A DNA stretch of 63,888 nucleotides, the filler included, from Octopus bimaculoides (Eukaryota): assembly GCF_001194135.2 (NCBI RefSeq). It is 7 parts of 5 records of this genome, joined end to end, with 100 filler letters (N's around TTAATTAATTAA, not from the genome) between each part and the next. Parts side by side here need not be neighbours in the genome. Positions count along the whole stretch, not along the records: positions 1 to 29,002 come from NC_068982.1; 6 more parts are not named here. One strand, given 5' to 3'. The first letter of the stretch is position 1; every line of letters starts with the position of its first letter. Below the pieces are notes generated by a model that saw only the letters and a list, made by a program, of their open reading frames with translations, was not told where the DNA came from and did not search any database. Made by a program: the position numbers and the translations under genes. Positions 12,331 to 27,021 of the stretch are shown piece after piece.

Positions 12331-15300
12331 GGTATATGTGTATGTATGAATGTACATATACCCATGTGTGTGATTTGTTGAAAAAAGCAATTGTGCATAG
12401 AGTTACAAATGCAAAATAAATCCCCGTAAAGATACCTACGTCGGCTTTCTTAAATATCTGCAACTTCTTTGAAAACATAATCAACTTACCAACTGAAGAT
12501 GCAGTGAAGTAATATTTACGCAATATGTTGAACAGTAATTTGATTTTCACAAGATATTAAATATCTGCCGAATATTGTTCGGTAAATTCATAGTAAATGA
12601 AACTAAAGCAGTATATTTCAAATTCTAATGCTAAACGCTGCCAAATCTATTTTTTAATCAGTTTCCTATTTGAGACATATCCTGGTTGCACTTCTCTCTA
12701 TATATATTTTATCGCGTCAGTAATTAGCTTATACGTTTATATTTAAATACAAATATGCCGCATATTCTCAAAGTATAATGATTTTACATAATATCCATCT
12801 CTGGATTATTTGTAATATATAGTAATCAAGTTGATAAGTCTATAAAAGAAAAGTTAATCGAATCGCCACCTTTAGATTTCCGTTCAAAATGTCAGTGTCT
12901 TTGGAAACCTATCAGTTGCTGAAAGTTCGGAGCTAACTAAACTGGAAATGATAACAAGATATTAAATATAAAGTAAATTCATTTTCCAACAAACTGCTGA
13001 AAAACTCCAAGCAAAATTACTTAAAAGAGGAGATATACTAAGTGAAATATTTTAGGAAAGCTTTTATCTTGATTGAAAAATTACGTTTTCTTTCTGCTAA
13101 GTAGATTCTATTAAGAAGGAATCAAGAACTCATTGAGCTATCGATTGTCATTAAGAATTGCGAGGAATGTCAAAATGTATTTAGTCAAGAGAGGTTGGGA
13201 ATCATTACACTTGAATCTGGTTAGTTTCTTTTTAAATTTATCATTCTGTTGGTCACCAAATACTTTCTTCGTGGATGATACCTAGTATATTTATAATCTC
13301 ATTTAAGTAACTTGTGAATCAATAATTTAAATACCATTTAAATTAGTTAATCTGATGCTAAGTGAATATCAAACTTTATATGATCAGAGGTATCACAAAT
13401 ATCTTTTGCTTAAAAATTAATCACCATATAGCATTTTTCTTATTGAAATCCAGTTGATCATTTAAATAAAACTTAGATTGCAACAGAGTGAAGGGTTAAT
13501 TGTGTATATCTTTGGCACTACGTAGTCTATTTAACTAAGAGATGAATTCTCAATGAATTAGTTCTTCTAAATGTGTGTAGTGTTCACAGAAAGGAAACTT
13601 TAATAAAATACACAATGGTTGGTGCCTACATACATTATTGGTAACAGTATTATAGAAGATTTATTCAAAAATACTTAGGCTTGTCAAGTAAATATAGATA
13701 CATCTTAAGAAAAATGTGAAGGTGAAATAATTACAACGTAAGTGCTGTATAATAATAGAATATCAGGTCAGGTGTTTTATTATAATGGATTCGATGTATA
13801 TATTTTCTTTTTCAATAATTATTCGTGCCAAGAAAATTTATGTTTTTTTAGCTTCATTATAAAACATACAGGTAAGTATGTCACGACTTCCTGTAGATTG
13901 CTATTTTGAATTGCATAGTATCCAGTATTACCCCTGAAGTAGTCTTTAGCTGAGCTTTGTGGAGAGTTAGAAGTCGAATGAGTGTGAAATATTTTGCGAA
14001 CATAAAGCACAAAACCAATTTTTCTGAAGCAATTATTGTTATATTGTGGTGCTAAGTTTGGAAATGAATAAAACTTGAGTATGGACGATTTGGGAGGAGT
14101 AGGTATTGATGGATATGACGTTTAGTAGGTATTACTGTTGAAGAGAGTAAGGGGAGAGGAATCAACCCGAACTTTATTACAAATTAGAATTGATAGAACG
14201 GATCTCAGAATGCTGAATGCTCCAGCGGAATATAATATGATTCTTTGATATGAAAGCAAAACACCAATACATGAGTAAGAAAATACATAAGTAAGCTATA
14301 AGCTGAACATTTTTCACAGAAGATACACATGTAAAGTATATTCATGTAAAATTGATCAAAAGTTTTCTCAATCAAGACACACTTAGAACTAAACAGCAAC
14401 TACAATTACAAAACCAAAAATAACACATCGTAGAACCATTTTCATTGAGGAAAAAGACATCAATTTAAAATATATCTTTTTCTGTATATTACGATAGATA
14501 TTTGTTTTACGGACATTTATTTACAAGGTATTTTCTTGTGGTCATATAACTTCTTGTAGTTATTCAGAACTATGTAATTTTCTCAAAGTATCTCAATATG
14601 TCCTTAACCTAAAGGTCATGTCAATATTTATAGATTTTTATGGAAGAAGTCGATTATTTAATATATTCTCTTTCGAGTTGTTTAAAGTGCTTTCAATTTG
14701 CTCTTTCTGGAAATAATGTTTTTGTATATGTACTTACAAGAATGAGCTTTTTAACAGCAATTTTGTATATAAAATTCTATATTCTTACTTTTAGACAAAG
14801 TTGAAAGTAAAACTTGTTATTATTGAGCAGATATACAATTTTTACTAAAACGAAATCAATTATATTATACCATCTTGAGACATTATTTAGATACGTGAAA
14901 TTGTGATTGTTTCCTGAGCAGATTATAAATCGAGTATACTGTTAATGACATTAACCATGCCAGGTAAGCTAGACGTCTTATTTGTTAAGTGATATATTTG
15001 TGCCTAAGTAGGTAACATATACCGTTGGAGTATATTATAACACTTGATCGCTAATATTATATACACTCTTGGATTTTGTATACAATGTCATGTTATAGAT
15101 ATGAATGATGCATTCCAATATGAAAGACACGAAATGAAATTACATATAAATGTTTGCATGCACATAAATATAGATAAATGTGAGTTTGTGATTGTGCGCA
15201 CATGTGTGTATGTGTGTGTCAGTGTGTGTTTGTGTGTGTCAGTGTGTGTTTGTGTGTGTCAGTGTGTGTCAGTGTGTGTTTGTGTGTGTCAGTGTGTGTT

Positions 15301-15607
15301 TGTGTGTGTCAGTGTGTGTTTGTGTGCGTGCGGGCGCGCGCGCGTGTGTGTGCATGCCTATGTGTGTTTATGTGTGTACATATAAGTGAGTGTGGATTTG
15401 AATGTCGGAACCTCTGATGTACATATAAATACGCACGCACACACACATACAATCACACACGCACACGCACGCACACACAGACTTACACACACACACATGC
15501 ATATACAAGGGCAGTGTAGGCGTTTCATTTCTAATTTTGTATTGGTTAAGCTTATGATTCAGTTCTAACCATTGGCGTTATCTAGTCACTATACAGAAGA
15601 ATTATGA

Positions 15608-15920
15608 AGGGGCGTAGCTTAGCCGTTATGGTACTCGGTACACAGTCGTAAGCCGTGTGTTCGATTCCTGGCGGTATGTTGTGTGCTTGAGTAAAACACT
15701 TTATTTCACGTTGTTCCTGTCCAGTCAGCTGGCAAAAATGAGTAATATCTGTATTTCAAAGGGCCAACCATATCAGGCTCTCTGTCACGCTGATACTCCA
15801 TGAGGAGAGGACATGTATGTGGAGTGCTCAGCCACTTGTACGCTCATTTCATTAGAAGGTTGTTACGTTGATCGAATCCACTGAAACCCTCGTCATCGTA
15901 AGCGCCGGAGCGTCAGTTAA
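15608..15920 (+). mobile_element. tRNA-derived SINE
   Basis: GGCGTAGCTTAGCCGTT (A-box-like) and GTGTTCGATTCC (B-box), followed by a non-tRNA body (GTAAAACACTTTATTTCACGTTG...CAGCTGGCAAAAATGAGT). Confidence 0.65.
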
Positions 15921-16293
15921 TGGAGAATAATGCGATATTAGTGACAGATTCATTAATAAATGCAGGTTTAAGCGGCAATAGTTCACATTAATTTGCTGAG
16001 TCAATAATCAATGTTCTAGAGATACGTGCTGCATCAATACTCTAGTTCGTTCTTATCTTCAAAATGAAATGTTAAATGTGAACATCTTTTTCAGATTAGA
16101 AGTATTTGTACATATCATTTCAGTGACAAAAACAGTGAAAAGAATATATAAACGCAATAAACTATTCAGTTACGCTGATATAGAAATATAGAAATTTTAC
16201 TTTACTTTTTTCATACAATACTCCCACCAACCCGCGAGCATACACCCATGCATTTATGTACATATATGTGAATATATATGTAAATGTTTTTAG

Positions 16294-16341
<48 letters not shown>

Positions 16342-16571
16342 GTGTATATATATATATATGTGTATATATNNNNNNNNNNNNNNNNNNNNNNNNNNNNNNN
16401 NNNNNNNNNNNNNNNNNNNNNNNNNNNNNNNNNNNNNNNNNNNNNNNNNNNNNNNNNNNNNNNNNNNNNNNNNNNNNNNNNNNNNNNNNNNNNNNNNNNN
16501 NNNNNNNNNNNNNNNNNNNNNNNNNNNNNNNNNNNNNNNNNNNNNNNNNNNNNNNNNNNNNNNNNNNNNNN

Positions 16572-16609
<38 letters not shown>

Positions 16610-17658
16610 TATATATATATCTATTAGTGAAGAGATCTATGGTGATAATGTTCTCGCAGATTCAAATATATTTTCATTAGAAGTGTATTATCTAATATAT
16701 GGTTTAAGACAACGACGTTTGGCTGATGTCTTCTTTTAGCAGGTAGAACAAACCGTAAAGGCTTTGTAGTTGGCTCGGGCGGTAAACAGCTGGTTATACG
16801 CTATTACTAAAGTATTTTCTTTTTCCTTTTATTGCAATTTTGAGAGAAATGGTTCCCAAAGAACCTTGAATCAAACAGGAAATCACACTGGTGATCAAAT
16901 GAGTTTGATTCAGATAAGTAATTTCCTCAGTGATGCAATAAGTCTATCGAATTCAGGATTTATCAAGTGCGATAAATTAAGAAATAAGTTTTAAGTGTAA
17001 GAATAACGAGCCACGAAGTTCATGATGTCATTTCCAGTAGAGGCGCAGGCTGTACTATTTAGTGGAGAAATCAAACAATTAAAATTCAGTCCAATGATAG
17101 ACTGATTTTATATTTGTCGGCTTTGGATGAATTTAAACAAAAACAGGATATTCCAACTGGGAACTGAAAGCACAACTTAAAGGTAAGTAAATAAACAAAA
17201 CACAAAAATCATATCTAACGCGTTAACGATTTTGCCAGCTCTCGCTCAACATGTATAATGTATAAAGAGAAAATAGAATAATGTTATTTCGCTAACATAT
17301 ATGTATTTTGTTAAGGTTGTTTCTACAGAAATTCTAGAAAACTTATAGCCAGGACTGATTTTTGCTACAACGTTTCGTATCGAGGCGTCAGATATAAACA
17401 AACAATAAAATCGGGGACAAAAATAGGTAATGAGAGTGTGTGTCATATTTCGTGGGGTTTTTGCACCTTCATCAGCACCCATCTAATCCACACTTGCATC
17501 CGAACACATGGTTGCATAACAAAATACCACCTGCCTAGAAGTGATTAGTATGTACGTATGTATGTATGTATGTATGTATGTTAGTATTTATGTATGTATG
17601 TACTATGGATGTATCTATGTATGTACGTATATATGTCTGTATGTGTGTTTGTTTGTTT

Positions 17659-17702
<44 letters not shown>

Positions 17703-18234
17703 GTGTGTGTGTGTCTGTATGAGAGAAATTGCAAACTCATCTATAATACACAGGTTATTCTTCTTTATTGCAACACTATTTTTATGTAGAATATTGTACT
17801 AGTATCCCATTCAATACTTAATTTCGCTTGGTATTTAGCAATAAAGATACATTCTTGGAAGATAAGACGAGAAAATTTATTTTGTTTTTCTTTCTGAAAT
17901 AATTTTTGTTTTCATTCAATCAAATGAAAATTGAGCGTTTTGATACTGATGTCCACCAATCATCGTCAACCTTTTCTCCCAATGGCAACTGTTTCGAAAT
18001 TCTTTAACGATTATTTACTTCTTTCTCAGAGTTTTTAATTTTTTCCTCGGAGCATTCCTTGATACTTTATCGTATTTTAAATCGACTCTGATAACAAATG
18101 GTTTAAAATTATATATATATATATATATAAAATGGCAATTGATATATGTATTAAAAAGTAGATAAATGAAATTACTTAGCTGTAATTTGAAAAGTATCGA
18201 CATACGATAAAATACGTCCTTTCTCCAAACAAAC

Positions 18235-18440
18235 AAGCGTCTAAGTAGCCACACGATCTGCTAAAAACAGCAGCTAAATTGCTTTTCATCACAATCTACT
18301 GTCTTTATAAAGAAATGTTAAATAGAATAGAGTCGTAGATGTAGAAAAGTATCATAAGTTAGTAACTGTTGTAAAGCTTTTGCTCATAAGGTTGCTAAAT
18401 CAGAATTGGTGCCGTATTACGCAACAGCACATGTCGTTCT
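18235..18440 (+). mobile_element. Dispersed repeat fragment related to the 45.7-47.0 kb array monomer
   Basis: GATCTGCTAAAAACAGCAGCTAAAT...ATCACAATCTACTGTCTT resembles GACCTGTTAGAAATAGCAGCCAAAT...ATCACACCCTACTGTCTT. Confidence 0.5.
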
Positions 18441-18607
18441 GAGCTGAAATGAATGTAACGAAGAGGGTAGACAAAAACATACAATTTTCCGTTCTGTAGT
18501 GAATTTCTTGTGTTTAATAGTACTTTGAGTGATACTGTGACATTGTGAACGAACGTTCATCCGTGTTCAATGCGTGCGTGTTTTAAAGTGTGTCTGTTTT
18601 CGTGTTA

Positions 18608-18653
<46 letters not shown>

Positions 18654-18699
18654 TGTAGCTGTGTGTTTGCGAGCGAGAGAGAGTATGTATGTCATTATT

Positions 18700-19600
18700 C
18701 AGTTTTATTTCAAGTTCTCTTGCTAATAGAGAAAGAGCCGGTTTCTAACCTAGATCCAAGACTCCTTCATTGGAATTTCAACATCAACAACAGGGTATAT
18801 TTTTTGTATGTATGTATATGTGCAGATTTTGTTTTATGCATGCATTCTCATATATATAGTTGCATATCTAGTCATTCTCATATATATATTTAAATGATAA
18901 ACTTCTGGAAAGTTTTACAGATTTTTACAGTTCCAGTGATGGATTGGATCTGCAGTCTTCGAATAAGCTTTCTCGTTTCTGGTTTTGAGGAGCTCAGTTT
19001 CTCAACATTTGTATTTAAGCAGTATATTACACATTCCAGGGGTCCAATAATTACAGGTATAAACCTGAACTTGTAATCTGGATACAGTAACTGCAGATTT
19101 CTCAGTAGTTCAGCGTAGGTATTCTCTTTTTCATTTATCTTCAGCTTTATGTTAACATCGGCTGGGCAGCAAATTTCCACACACGTACACAGTTTCACTT
19201 CTCTATCGCTATTTTGCATATCAGGTTTGTTGAGCTTAAATTTCATTCAGGTTTTCGCTGGGACATTTCACCAGTACTCCTTATTATGAGTGGCTATGGC
19301 ATCAACAATACTGTGGATTGTTATTTCTTTGTCTTTGGGATTATCCTACTAACTGCCGGAAGTAATGACCTTTCATTTTATAGTGTACCAAAAGTCAGCA
19401 GAACGAGCTCGCACACACAACCAACAGGTGTTATTCAGGAAACAGCCTAAGACCTCGTTGCTCTTCAATAATACATCGACTAAAATGAGCCGAAATGTAG
19501 ACCTCCATGTTGAGTCTGAGGCCGTGTGGAAAAATAAATAGAGGCAGAATGTTACCATCACTAGTGATCACTAGAAACACCATGATGTTTGATTTTCATC
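18700..19600 (-). mobile_element. R4/Dong-clade non-LTR retrotransposon 3' fragment (restriction-like endonuclease + 3' UTR)
   Basis: ORF 18890-19246: NKPD...EICCPADVNIKLKINEKENTYAEL...IPVIIG (PD-(D/E)xK RLE). Upstream remnants HNKEYW*NVP, NNTCWLC and MEVYISA contain stops and frameshifts. Confidence 0.85.
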
Positions 19601-20892
19601 ACTCTCGGTACATGTCTTCAGACTGCACTGCCAAGCCGTACAGCATGCCGCTTCCAAATTTTCTGGTAGAGTGAACAGGATCATAGTGCTGATTTTCTCA
19701 CAAACAGTGCCCAGGTGACCCTATACTGTGAAGTCGATAAAATCTAAAACAAACAATGCATATGCGTAAAATTAAAATATAAAATGGTGACAATTTATTC
19801 ATCGCAGCTTGCACACACACACACATACACACGCACACACACACACACACACACATCTATCTATCTATTTCCCTGTATATNNNNNNNNNNNNNNNNNNNN
19901 NNNNNNNNNNNNNNNNNNNNNNNNNNNNNNNNNNNNNNNNNNNNNNNNNNNNNNNNNNNNNNNNNNNNNNNNNNNNNNNNNNNNNNNNNNNNNNNNNNNN
20001 NNNNNNNNNNNNNNNNNNNNNNNNNNNNNNNNNNNNNNNNNNNNNNNNNNNNNNNNNNNNNNNNNNNNNNNNNNNNNNNNNNNNNNNNNNNNNNNNNNNN
20101 NNNNNNNNNNNNNNNNNNNNNNNNNNNNNNNNNNNNNNNNNNNNNNNNNNNNNNNNNNNNNNNNNNNNNNNNNNNNNNNNNNNNNNNNNNNNNNNNNNNN
20201 NNNNNNNNNNNNNNNNNNNNNNNNNNNNNNNNNNNNNNNNNNNNNNNNNNNNNNNNNNNNNNNNNNNNNNNNNNNNNNNNNNNNNNNNNNNNNNNNNNNN
20301 NNNNNNNNNNNNNNNNNNNNNNNNNNNNNNNNNNNNNNNNNNNNNNNNNNNNNNNNNNNNNNNNNNNNNNNNNNNNNNNNNNNNNNNNNNNNNNNNNNNN
20401 NNNNNNNNNNNNNNNNNNNNNNNNNNNNNNNNNNNNNNNNNNNNNNNNNNNNNNNNNNNNNNNNNNNNNNNNNNNNNNNNNNNNNNNNNNNNNNNNNNNN
20501 NNNNNNNNNNNNNNNNNNNNNNNNNNNNNNNNNNNNNNNNNNNNNNNNNNNNNNNNNNNNNNNNNNNNNNNNNNNNNNNNNNNNNNNNNNNNNNNNNNNN
20601 NNNNNNNNNNNNNNNNNNNNNNNNNNNNNNNNNNNNNNNNNNNNNNNNNNNNNNNNNNNNNNNNNNNNNNNNNNNNNNNNNNNNNNNNNNNNNNNNNNNN
20701 NNNNNNNNNNNNNNNNNNNNNNNNNNNNNNNNNNNNNNNNNNNNNNNNNNNNNNNNNNNNNNNNNNNNNNNNNNNNNNNNNNNNNNNNNNNNNNNNNNNN
20801 NNNNTATATATATTGAAAATTTTTTTCAATATTCAGTTCTGTACATCACACCTAATACTCTACACACACATACGTGTGTGTGCGTGCGTGTG

Positions 20893-21055
20893 TGTGTACG
20901 ACGGGCTTCTTTCATGTTCCGTCTAGCAAATTCACTCACAAGGCTTTGATCGGCCCTAAGCTATAGCAGCAGATACTTTCCTAGGTTCCATGCAGTGAAA
21001 CTGAACCCGGAACCTTGTGGTTGAGAAGTAAATTTCTTACCACGCAGCTACAGTT
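20893..21055 (-). mobile_element. SINE 5' half (tRNA-like head + CORE-like segment)
   Basis: Homologous to 55785-55926; minus strand has GCTGCGTGGTAAG...GGTTCCGGGTTCAGT, followed by a (CA)n tract. Confidence 0.75.
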
Positions 21056-21356
21056 CCGCCTCTAGCATATAACATATAAACATTAAAAACTAATTTGCAA
21101 CTCCTAAGTTAGAGTGGGTTTAAAGATATAATAAATGGTAGCTAACAAGTAAATATGTGGACGGGATCTTCTAAGTATTACCAATTATGCTGATTACCAC
21201 AGTCATTATCGTCATCATTACCATCAACATTTGCAACATTTTATCAAGAAACGTATTAGTAGAACTGAAAGCGATAAACTAAAAATTACTTTTTGAAATA
21301 AAACCTAACTACAATCGTCGTTCCGGACATTCGAATACATACGTAATTGTATTTTC

Positions 21357-21387
<31 letters not shown>

Positions 21388-21841
21388 NNNNNNNNNNNNN
21401 NNNNNNNNNNNNNNNNNNNNNNNNNNNNNNNNNNNNNNNNNNNNNNNNNNNNNNNNNNNNNNNNNNNNNNNNNNNNNNNNNNNNNNNNNNNNNNNNNNNN
21501 NNNNNNNNNNNNNNNNNNNNNNNNNNNNNNNNNNNNNNNNNNNNNNNNNNNNNNNNNNNNNNNNNNNNNNNNNNNNNNNNNNNNNNNNNNNNNNNNNNNN
21601 NNNNNNNNNNNNNNNNNNNNNNNNNNNNNNNNNNNNNNNNNNNNNNNNNNNNNNNNNNNNNNNNNNNNNNNNNNNNNNNNNNNNNNNNNNNNNNNNNNNN
21701 NNNNNNNNNNNNNNNNNNNNNNNNNNNNNNNNNNNNNNNNNNNNNNNNNNNNNNNNNNNNNNNNNNNNNNNNNNNNNNNNNNNNNNNNNNNNNNNNNNNN
21801 NNNNNNNNNNNNNNNNNNNNNNNNNNNNNNNNNNNNNNNNN

Positions 21842-21886
<45 letters not shown>

Positions 21887-24800
21887 TTGTGTGTCTAGAA
21901 TAGTAAGACATTTTGTTTACGAAGAGCTCGCGTTCAATTATATTTATTGGTATATTCTTCGATATATGGTTGATTGCGTCTCGTGAGATATTTATGTATG
22001 TTTGTATGAATCAATGTTTGTTTGTATGTATGTATGCCTTCACAAAGATAGTTGTGCGTATGCGTGTCCTAACGCGTGTATGAGAATATGTGTGTATATC
22101 TTCCACAGACAAAAGCGATGTTTGTTACACGTGTGTATACATGTGTGCGCGGCTGTGTGTGCAATATATAACTCTAAGGAGACACCAGGTCCCGGAAAAT
22201 TTTTGACGTATCTGCAGTATATATATGAAAATTGAATATATTCAACTGTTGTGATTTTTTAGTCTGTCTTTGTATATCAAGGTGATTGATGGTGTTTACT
22301 AAAGCTAAGACTCTCTCATACAATGTAAATGCAATTATAAACAAGCCCTTTCTCCAGAGAGCTGTCACTCTCCATCCTATTTCTAGCACAACATAAAGTT
22401 ACTGACAAGTCACATATATGTATTAGGTTCATAAAAAGCGATATTCTGTTCATAATAATGGATCAAGTTTTAACAACATGGTAACATATGAAACATCAGA
22501 TGATATTTTACAAGGAGAAGTTCATAGGAGATCTGAAACAATTTAATGGATTAGTTTTTGCTTGTATACAACATATTAGATATAGCTAAATTTGAAGTTT
22601 CTTTTTGTTTAGATACATGGATACACACATATATATATATATTTACATGCACGTATACATATATCTGCGCCTACATATATGTGTGTGTGCATGCATGTGT
22701 GCCTATGTATGTATATGTATGCGTGTGTATGTATAAATGAGTATGTATATACAGAGAGTGTCTTTTAACACTATACGCCGTTATAACTGCACACACATGT
22801 GATTTTGAAAATGTTTAGATTATTGAGCTGCGTCTAATGCATAATTTGAACTATTCTACTTGTGCGACGCAATTGCAAATAAGAAAATAATTTTTACGTT
22901 GTTTATATATACTTCAGGAAACGATTTCGATTTAATTTCCAAAACGATGCGATATTACGGCATTGATAAGCAGCAAGATGCTGCGTAAATCGGATATCTT
23001 CCGCTCTCGATCAAGAGCAGAGATTGTGTTTCGAAATACACTTTGTATTTTGACACAGTATCTCTAAAGGGATCGTTCCCAAACAAAAGGTCGCAGGTCC
23101 TGGTGTTTAAGAACACATACGTTAAGAATTATATTGATAATATTTATTTTATTGAGCTGTTTATAACACTTAATTTGAATAACTTACATGTTTAGGCCAT
23201 TATTAGTTGAAGCCGTGTCTATCTTAATAGTAACACTCGTCGCACTTCTTTAAGAACATTTTAGCCCACGCAACAGAGTGTTTTCTTTCCGCAAGATATA
23301 TGCATGTTTTGTGGGTTTTCTCCGGTATTTCTTGAAGGTACTGTCTTTTTAATTATTTTTCATCTTTGATTTACTTTGGAATAATATTGAACAAATCAGG
23401 AATGCTACAGGTAAAAACAGATATATCAAGCAATACTGCTATGTAATGTGAACTCGATTATTGTGGAGGATGTATGGTTCTGGTAACAAGTGTTTAATGT
23501 CTTGTGAACTCGATACTGGTATCGTTCGATCAGGTTTGAAGGATCATTTTTTCATTGCGCAAATAATGTCGTGCTCACGGTGACGTAAGAAAGAATAGAT
23601 TTTGAGCTTTTTGATGCAAGTCAAATAGACAAGGTTATCATGCTATCCAGTAATTTTCAGATGAATATCTGGGATTTTTCAATGCTTTGTTTTATGCACA
23701 GAAACCATAGTGAGCAACAGTATTCAAGGAAAATAACCTGGAAAATTTAGGTAAGAGAAGAATAATGGTAACAGATTCTCTGAACTGGGATGCGCTAAGG
23801 ATCCATATGTGTTTAAGCTACGTTTGTTCAAATTTACGACTAATTCTCTTATAATGTGACAAGAAGTGTAACCAGAGGCTAGTATATGTCTTCTTAAATT
23901 TCATCTTCAAAGTGAGACGATGGCAATGGTGAAATTTTGCAAATAGATTATTTCATATTTAATTTTATTTTCATAAATTCTTTTTATTTAATAAAATTTT
24001 TCTTTTAAAGTTTTGTAATGCTTTCATTTTCTTATCAACTGATGAAAATTGTGTTCCGATATTTCAGCAATAGAATAGTCCGATTGGCTAAAATTTCAAA
24101 ATTCAAAAGCATGTATTATTTTTATTATAACTTTTTACAGAGAATGCCTGTTATTTTTGTCCCTAACATGCAAAATAACATCAGTGCAGAAAATTTGGGA
24201 AACTTTTGACGACAGAAAAATTTTATAAAAATTATGTGACTGCTTCAAAATGCGACACAATACCAAAAAGAATACTTTCTCACGTGTAAGGTTGATTGTT
24301 CTTGTTTAAGTATCTTTTGCACTACCGTCAGTTTTACTTCAGTCATATGGTCTGTTTCGTTGGGCAAGTCTGTCCAACTTTTCTGTGGAAAATATTTTTA
24401 TCCAATATATTGTGACCTATACAGCATCATTTCCTTTTAAGAACGTTTCTAACATCACGTATATGTGTGTATATATTAACAAAAAGAAAAAGAAAATGGA
24501 GATTTACGATTGACAAAATTTAATTTATTAGAATAATATTATGATTATTATGATATAATATAATATAATATAATATAGATATAAATATTGTAATTCTACA
24601 GTTGTTTCGATTCAAACCCAACAATAAATTTATAAAAATTCATTTCTCATCCGGGAAATATTTAACAGAAATGACATATGAGGAGATTTAGATCCTAGAA
24701 CAGACAGTATATATTTGTGTATATATTTATGAATATATGTATGTATACCTTCATATTTATACATGTAGCTATTCTTTCTAGAACAAATCAAGTAATTTCT

Positions 24801-25129
24801 CACAAAGGGACAAGGCACCATAACTGGTAATTGGATAACAAGAATAACGAATTTTTAAAGTGTCGTGTATATCTTTACTATTTCATTTACTGATTACATC
24901 TGTAAAGTTCGTGTTTGTCGCTCTCTTTGTTTTCTTCAAAATACTAGCCTTTCCAGATTGACACAAAGACATCAGCATACACAACCAGGTAGAACTGTAA
25001 TCCCTCGATTTCAGAAAGACGGTTCTGAAATTCTTATTGATCAACCTGCACACATAATTTGAATTTTGTGGTCAGATGCTTGTGTTGTGCATTAGATCAC
25101 TCCCTCCATTAAATCAACATTATTTGTAC

Positions 25130-25290
25130 AGGTGTGCGGTGTGCCACACGTCACATATCGGAGTGATCCCAGATCAACGTAAGATGAAACGTTTTGCTGT
25201 AAAACATAACTTCTCACCTGGTCTGGGAATCGAATCCACGATCTTGATCGCAACACCCTAATCACTAGGCCACGTGTCATCTAACCACGT
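25130..25290 (-). mobile_element. tRNA-derived SINE head
   Basis: Minus strand has TGGCCTAGTGATT (A-box-like) and GGATTCGATTCCC (B-box-like); related to 12001-12330. Confidence 0.6.
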
Positions 25291-25629
25291 ACACCAGTGA
25301 TTGTTGGTATAACTGTGAATCTATAATTAGGGAAGAGGAGCTGCAGTTTTCGAGGTAATAGTCCAAAACCATTTTCTTTCTTTCTGATTTTGAAATAGAT
25401 GTTAACGTCTTCAAGATAAACTAACTTATATGACAGTACATGACCTTCCTTTTTGCCACAAATAACTATATCTTGTTATATGTACACATGGTAGAACTTC
25501 TAACTGAGATGTTCCACAATAAATCAATATTTCTTATGTTGTAAAGTGCAATATATTTTGTGTTGATGTGAGACTATGGATGCATGTATGTATGCATGCA
25601 TGCATTTATATATGCATGAATAACATTAT

Positions 25630-26250
25630 TGAGTTTTATTTCAAGACTTCTTGCCAATAGAGAAAGAACCAGTTTCTAACCTAGATCCAAGGCTCGTTTA
25701 TTGGAATTTTGGCATCAACAAGGTATTTTTGTATGCATGTATTCTCATACATATAGTTGCATGTCTAAATATGCTCATATATANNNNNNNNNNNNNNNNN
25801 NNNNNNNNNNNNNNNNNNNNNNNNNNNNNNNNNNNNNNNNNNNNNNNNNNNNNNNNNNNNNNNNNNNNNNNNNNNNNNNNNNNNNNNNNNNNNNNNNNNN
25901 NNNNNNNNNNNNNNNNNNNNNNNNNNNNNNNNNNATATATATATATATATATATATACTTAAAGGATGAACTGCTGCAAAGTTTTACAGAATTTTACAGT
26001 TCCATTGATGACTTGGATCTCTAGTCTTCGAATCAGCTTTCTCCTTTTCGGATTTTAGAAGCCCAGTTTCTCAGGATTGGTATTTATGCAGTGTGTTACA
26101 TATCCCAGAGCCTCAATGATTACAGGTATAAACCTGAACTTGTAATCTAGATAGAGTACCTGTAGATTCCTCAATAATTCAGCGTCGGTATTTTATTTTC
26201 CGCTGAATTTTAGTTTTATCTTAACATATGCTGAGCAGCTGATTTCCACT
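25630..26250 (-). mobile_element. Second R4/Dong-clade 3' fragment
   Basis: Colinear with 18700-19200, including the GAGAAAGA.CC.GTTTCTAACCTAGATCCAAG block and the RLE C-terminus. Confidence 0.8.
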
Positions 26251-27021
26251 GTATGTATGTGTATGTGATGTGTATGTGTGTATTATGTAACTGTATTTGT
26301 ATCCACTCGATAGCAGAGGTGTCATTTATATCTATTGTAGAACGGTGTTTTCTGCGAAGCGCATTGTATATTGAATTACAAATGTTTCATATGCAGTGAG
26401 AGGGAATATCACGTTGATGTTTGAGGGCAGCTACCGATTGCATGTTTTATGTTTTCCACAGAATTGCGACTTAATCGACAATTGCAGATGCTTCGAGGGA
26501 TTTTAAGAACTTCGATATCCTGTTTGTTAATGAGATATCATGTGGCTATTTCCTGCTCTTGGATTGCAAACGCAAACTGTTCGAGCTGCAGATATTTATC
26601 ATTTTATGCATACATGTATATATGCTTGCATATATAAATATATATGCGTATGAGTGTGTATGAGTGTGTGTGTGTGTGTGTGTGTGTGTCTGTGTTCGTG
26701 CGCAGTGCTTGCGCGCGCGCGTGTTTGCATATGCATGCTTTGTTTGCAATCTGCGCGTGCATCTGTTATACCCAATATAAAAATGATTTGCTACAACACT
26801 TAAAACACTAACCTCCATAACATTTTTCCAATCTCTAAATGCTCCCTATATCTACTAACACATCTATTTCAGTATTACATCCAATCTCTCTCCTGTTTAA
26901 CCATTAGCATGTTCCCCTAAATTTATATTCCCACCATTATTCTTTCTCCAAGGAATCACTTTTCTTTATGCTTAATATTTACATTTTTATTAATACAATC
27001 TTCGCTTTAACAGACAATAAT

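Noticed and set aside
18730-25720. CCAATGA...GAAACCGG blocks (18730-18790 and 25660-25720) as hammerheads
   Set aside because: The CUGAnGA core is absent in both copies and helix I cannot be placed correctly.
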